DNA from: Phycisphaerae bacterium
Lineage (GTDB): Bacteria > Planctomycetota > Phycisphaerae > UBA1845 > Fen-1342
Assembly (NCBI GenBank): GCA_963675745.2
Contig: CAXXWX010000028.1
Coordinates: forward strand, 82,118 to 146,117
Direction of reading: 5' to 3'
Length of the DNA stretch: 64,000 nucleotides
This document shows, one piece after another, positions 63,540 to 64,000 of this stretch. Position 1 is the first letter of the stretch. The number at the start of each line of letters is the position of its first letter. Under the pieces are notes generated by a model, which saw nothing but the letters and a program-made list of their open reading frames with translations, was not told the origin of the DNA and did not search any database. The translations under genes were made by a program, and so were the position numbers.

Positions 63540-64000
63540 CTATAGCCTTCGGAACATGGACGAGGTCCCTTGCAGGCTCCGGACATAGGATCGGATCAGC
63601 TCCCCGTAGTTTTGCGCGTACCGCTCAGGCTGGCTGGCGTCGATGGATGAAGCCAGATTAGCCCCGCACTGGGCAATGAACTGGCGGATGATCTCGACCT
63701 TGTCCTCCCAGGAGTTCGGCGCGACGTGTTTGTCAAACATCTCGCGGATGTACCGCTCGACCGACTCAGTCTTGAGCCCTTCGGCGAGTGTGTCCAGGAT
63801 GACGCGCAGACCGCCGTTGGTGCCGTCCCGCGCATCGTTGAACGCCGCGACAATGTCTCCATTGCGGCGGCGATATGCCTGTTCCAGAATCTCCTTGGCA
63901 CGACCAGCCGCCTCGGAGCGCGGCAACGCCCCGCCGCCGGAAACGCATCGCGTGAACTGGTGATTGTAGTAGTCAGCGATAATGTCGGTAAACCGATCGA
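63540..64000 (-). CDS. Unknown helical protein (paralogue C; 5' end outside the window)
   Basis: Frame is open to the window end: RFTDIIADYYNH..ILEQAY..AFNDARDGTNGGLRVIL..SWEDK..PERYA. Confidence 0.7.
   Translation of the reverse strand, partial: DRFTDIIADYYNHQFTRCVSGGGALPRSEAAGRAKEILEQAYRRRNGDIVAAFNDARDGTNGGLRVILDTLAEGLKTESVERYIREMFDKHVAPNSWEDKVEIIRQFIAQCGANLASSIDASQPERYAQNYGELIRSYVRSLQGTSSMFRRL

Larger units (their letters stand above)
56487..64000. mobile_element. Integrative element at tRNA-fMet, extending beyond the window
   Basis: Integrase directly downstream of the tRNA; convergent operon with Xis-like, SSB-like, AEP primase and VirD4/HerA-like ATPase genes; distal att site not in the window. 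Confidence 0.8.

Noticed and set aside
56487..64000. Second att site, prophage or complete conjugative system
   Set aside because: No repeat of the tRNA 3' end and no structural, relaxase or mating-pair genes are visible in the window.

Overview
GC-rich bacterial DNA, most likely a Planctomycete of class Phycisphaerae. This is inferred from dockerin-like C-terminal tags, a PEP-CTERM protein and TQP-type linkers, and is not proven. Positions 1-46 kb are mostly housekeeping and envelope genes: addAB, gpsA, an M16 peptidase, a cytosine deaminase, mfd, MoxR plus a J-domain protein, mntR, a CDP-alcohol phosphotransferase/glycosyltransferase/radical SAM trio, a collagen-like lipoprotein, guaA, infA, an ABC-F protein, a bcd-thl-hbd-crt cluster and a GldA/F/G-DUF4340 ABC operon. 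These are interspersed with a family of ~80-bp GTAG-type REP/REPIN palindromes. Positions 47-53.4 kb hold a bacterial microcompartment (BMC) operon with 3 BMC-P, 1 BMC-H, 2 BMC-T and a CoA-acylating aldehyde dehydrogenase. Its signature enzyme is an RpiB-DeoC fusion carrying an internal encapsulation-peptide-like helix and an internal SD+ATG. The operon is headed by a short tyrosine recombinase with a dif/cer-like site over its promoter. From 56.5 kb an integrative element follows an initiator tRNA-Met and runs off the window end. It encodes an integrase, a Xis-like HTH protein, a PC4-like SSB candidate, an AEP primase with a PriL-like Cys-rich tail, a VirD4/HerA-like ATPase and three diverged paralogues of an unrecognised ~200-aa helical protein. 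This element is full of single-base indels, most plausibly assembly errors. All calls come from reading the sequence by eye; no database searches were run.
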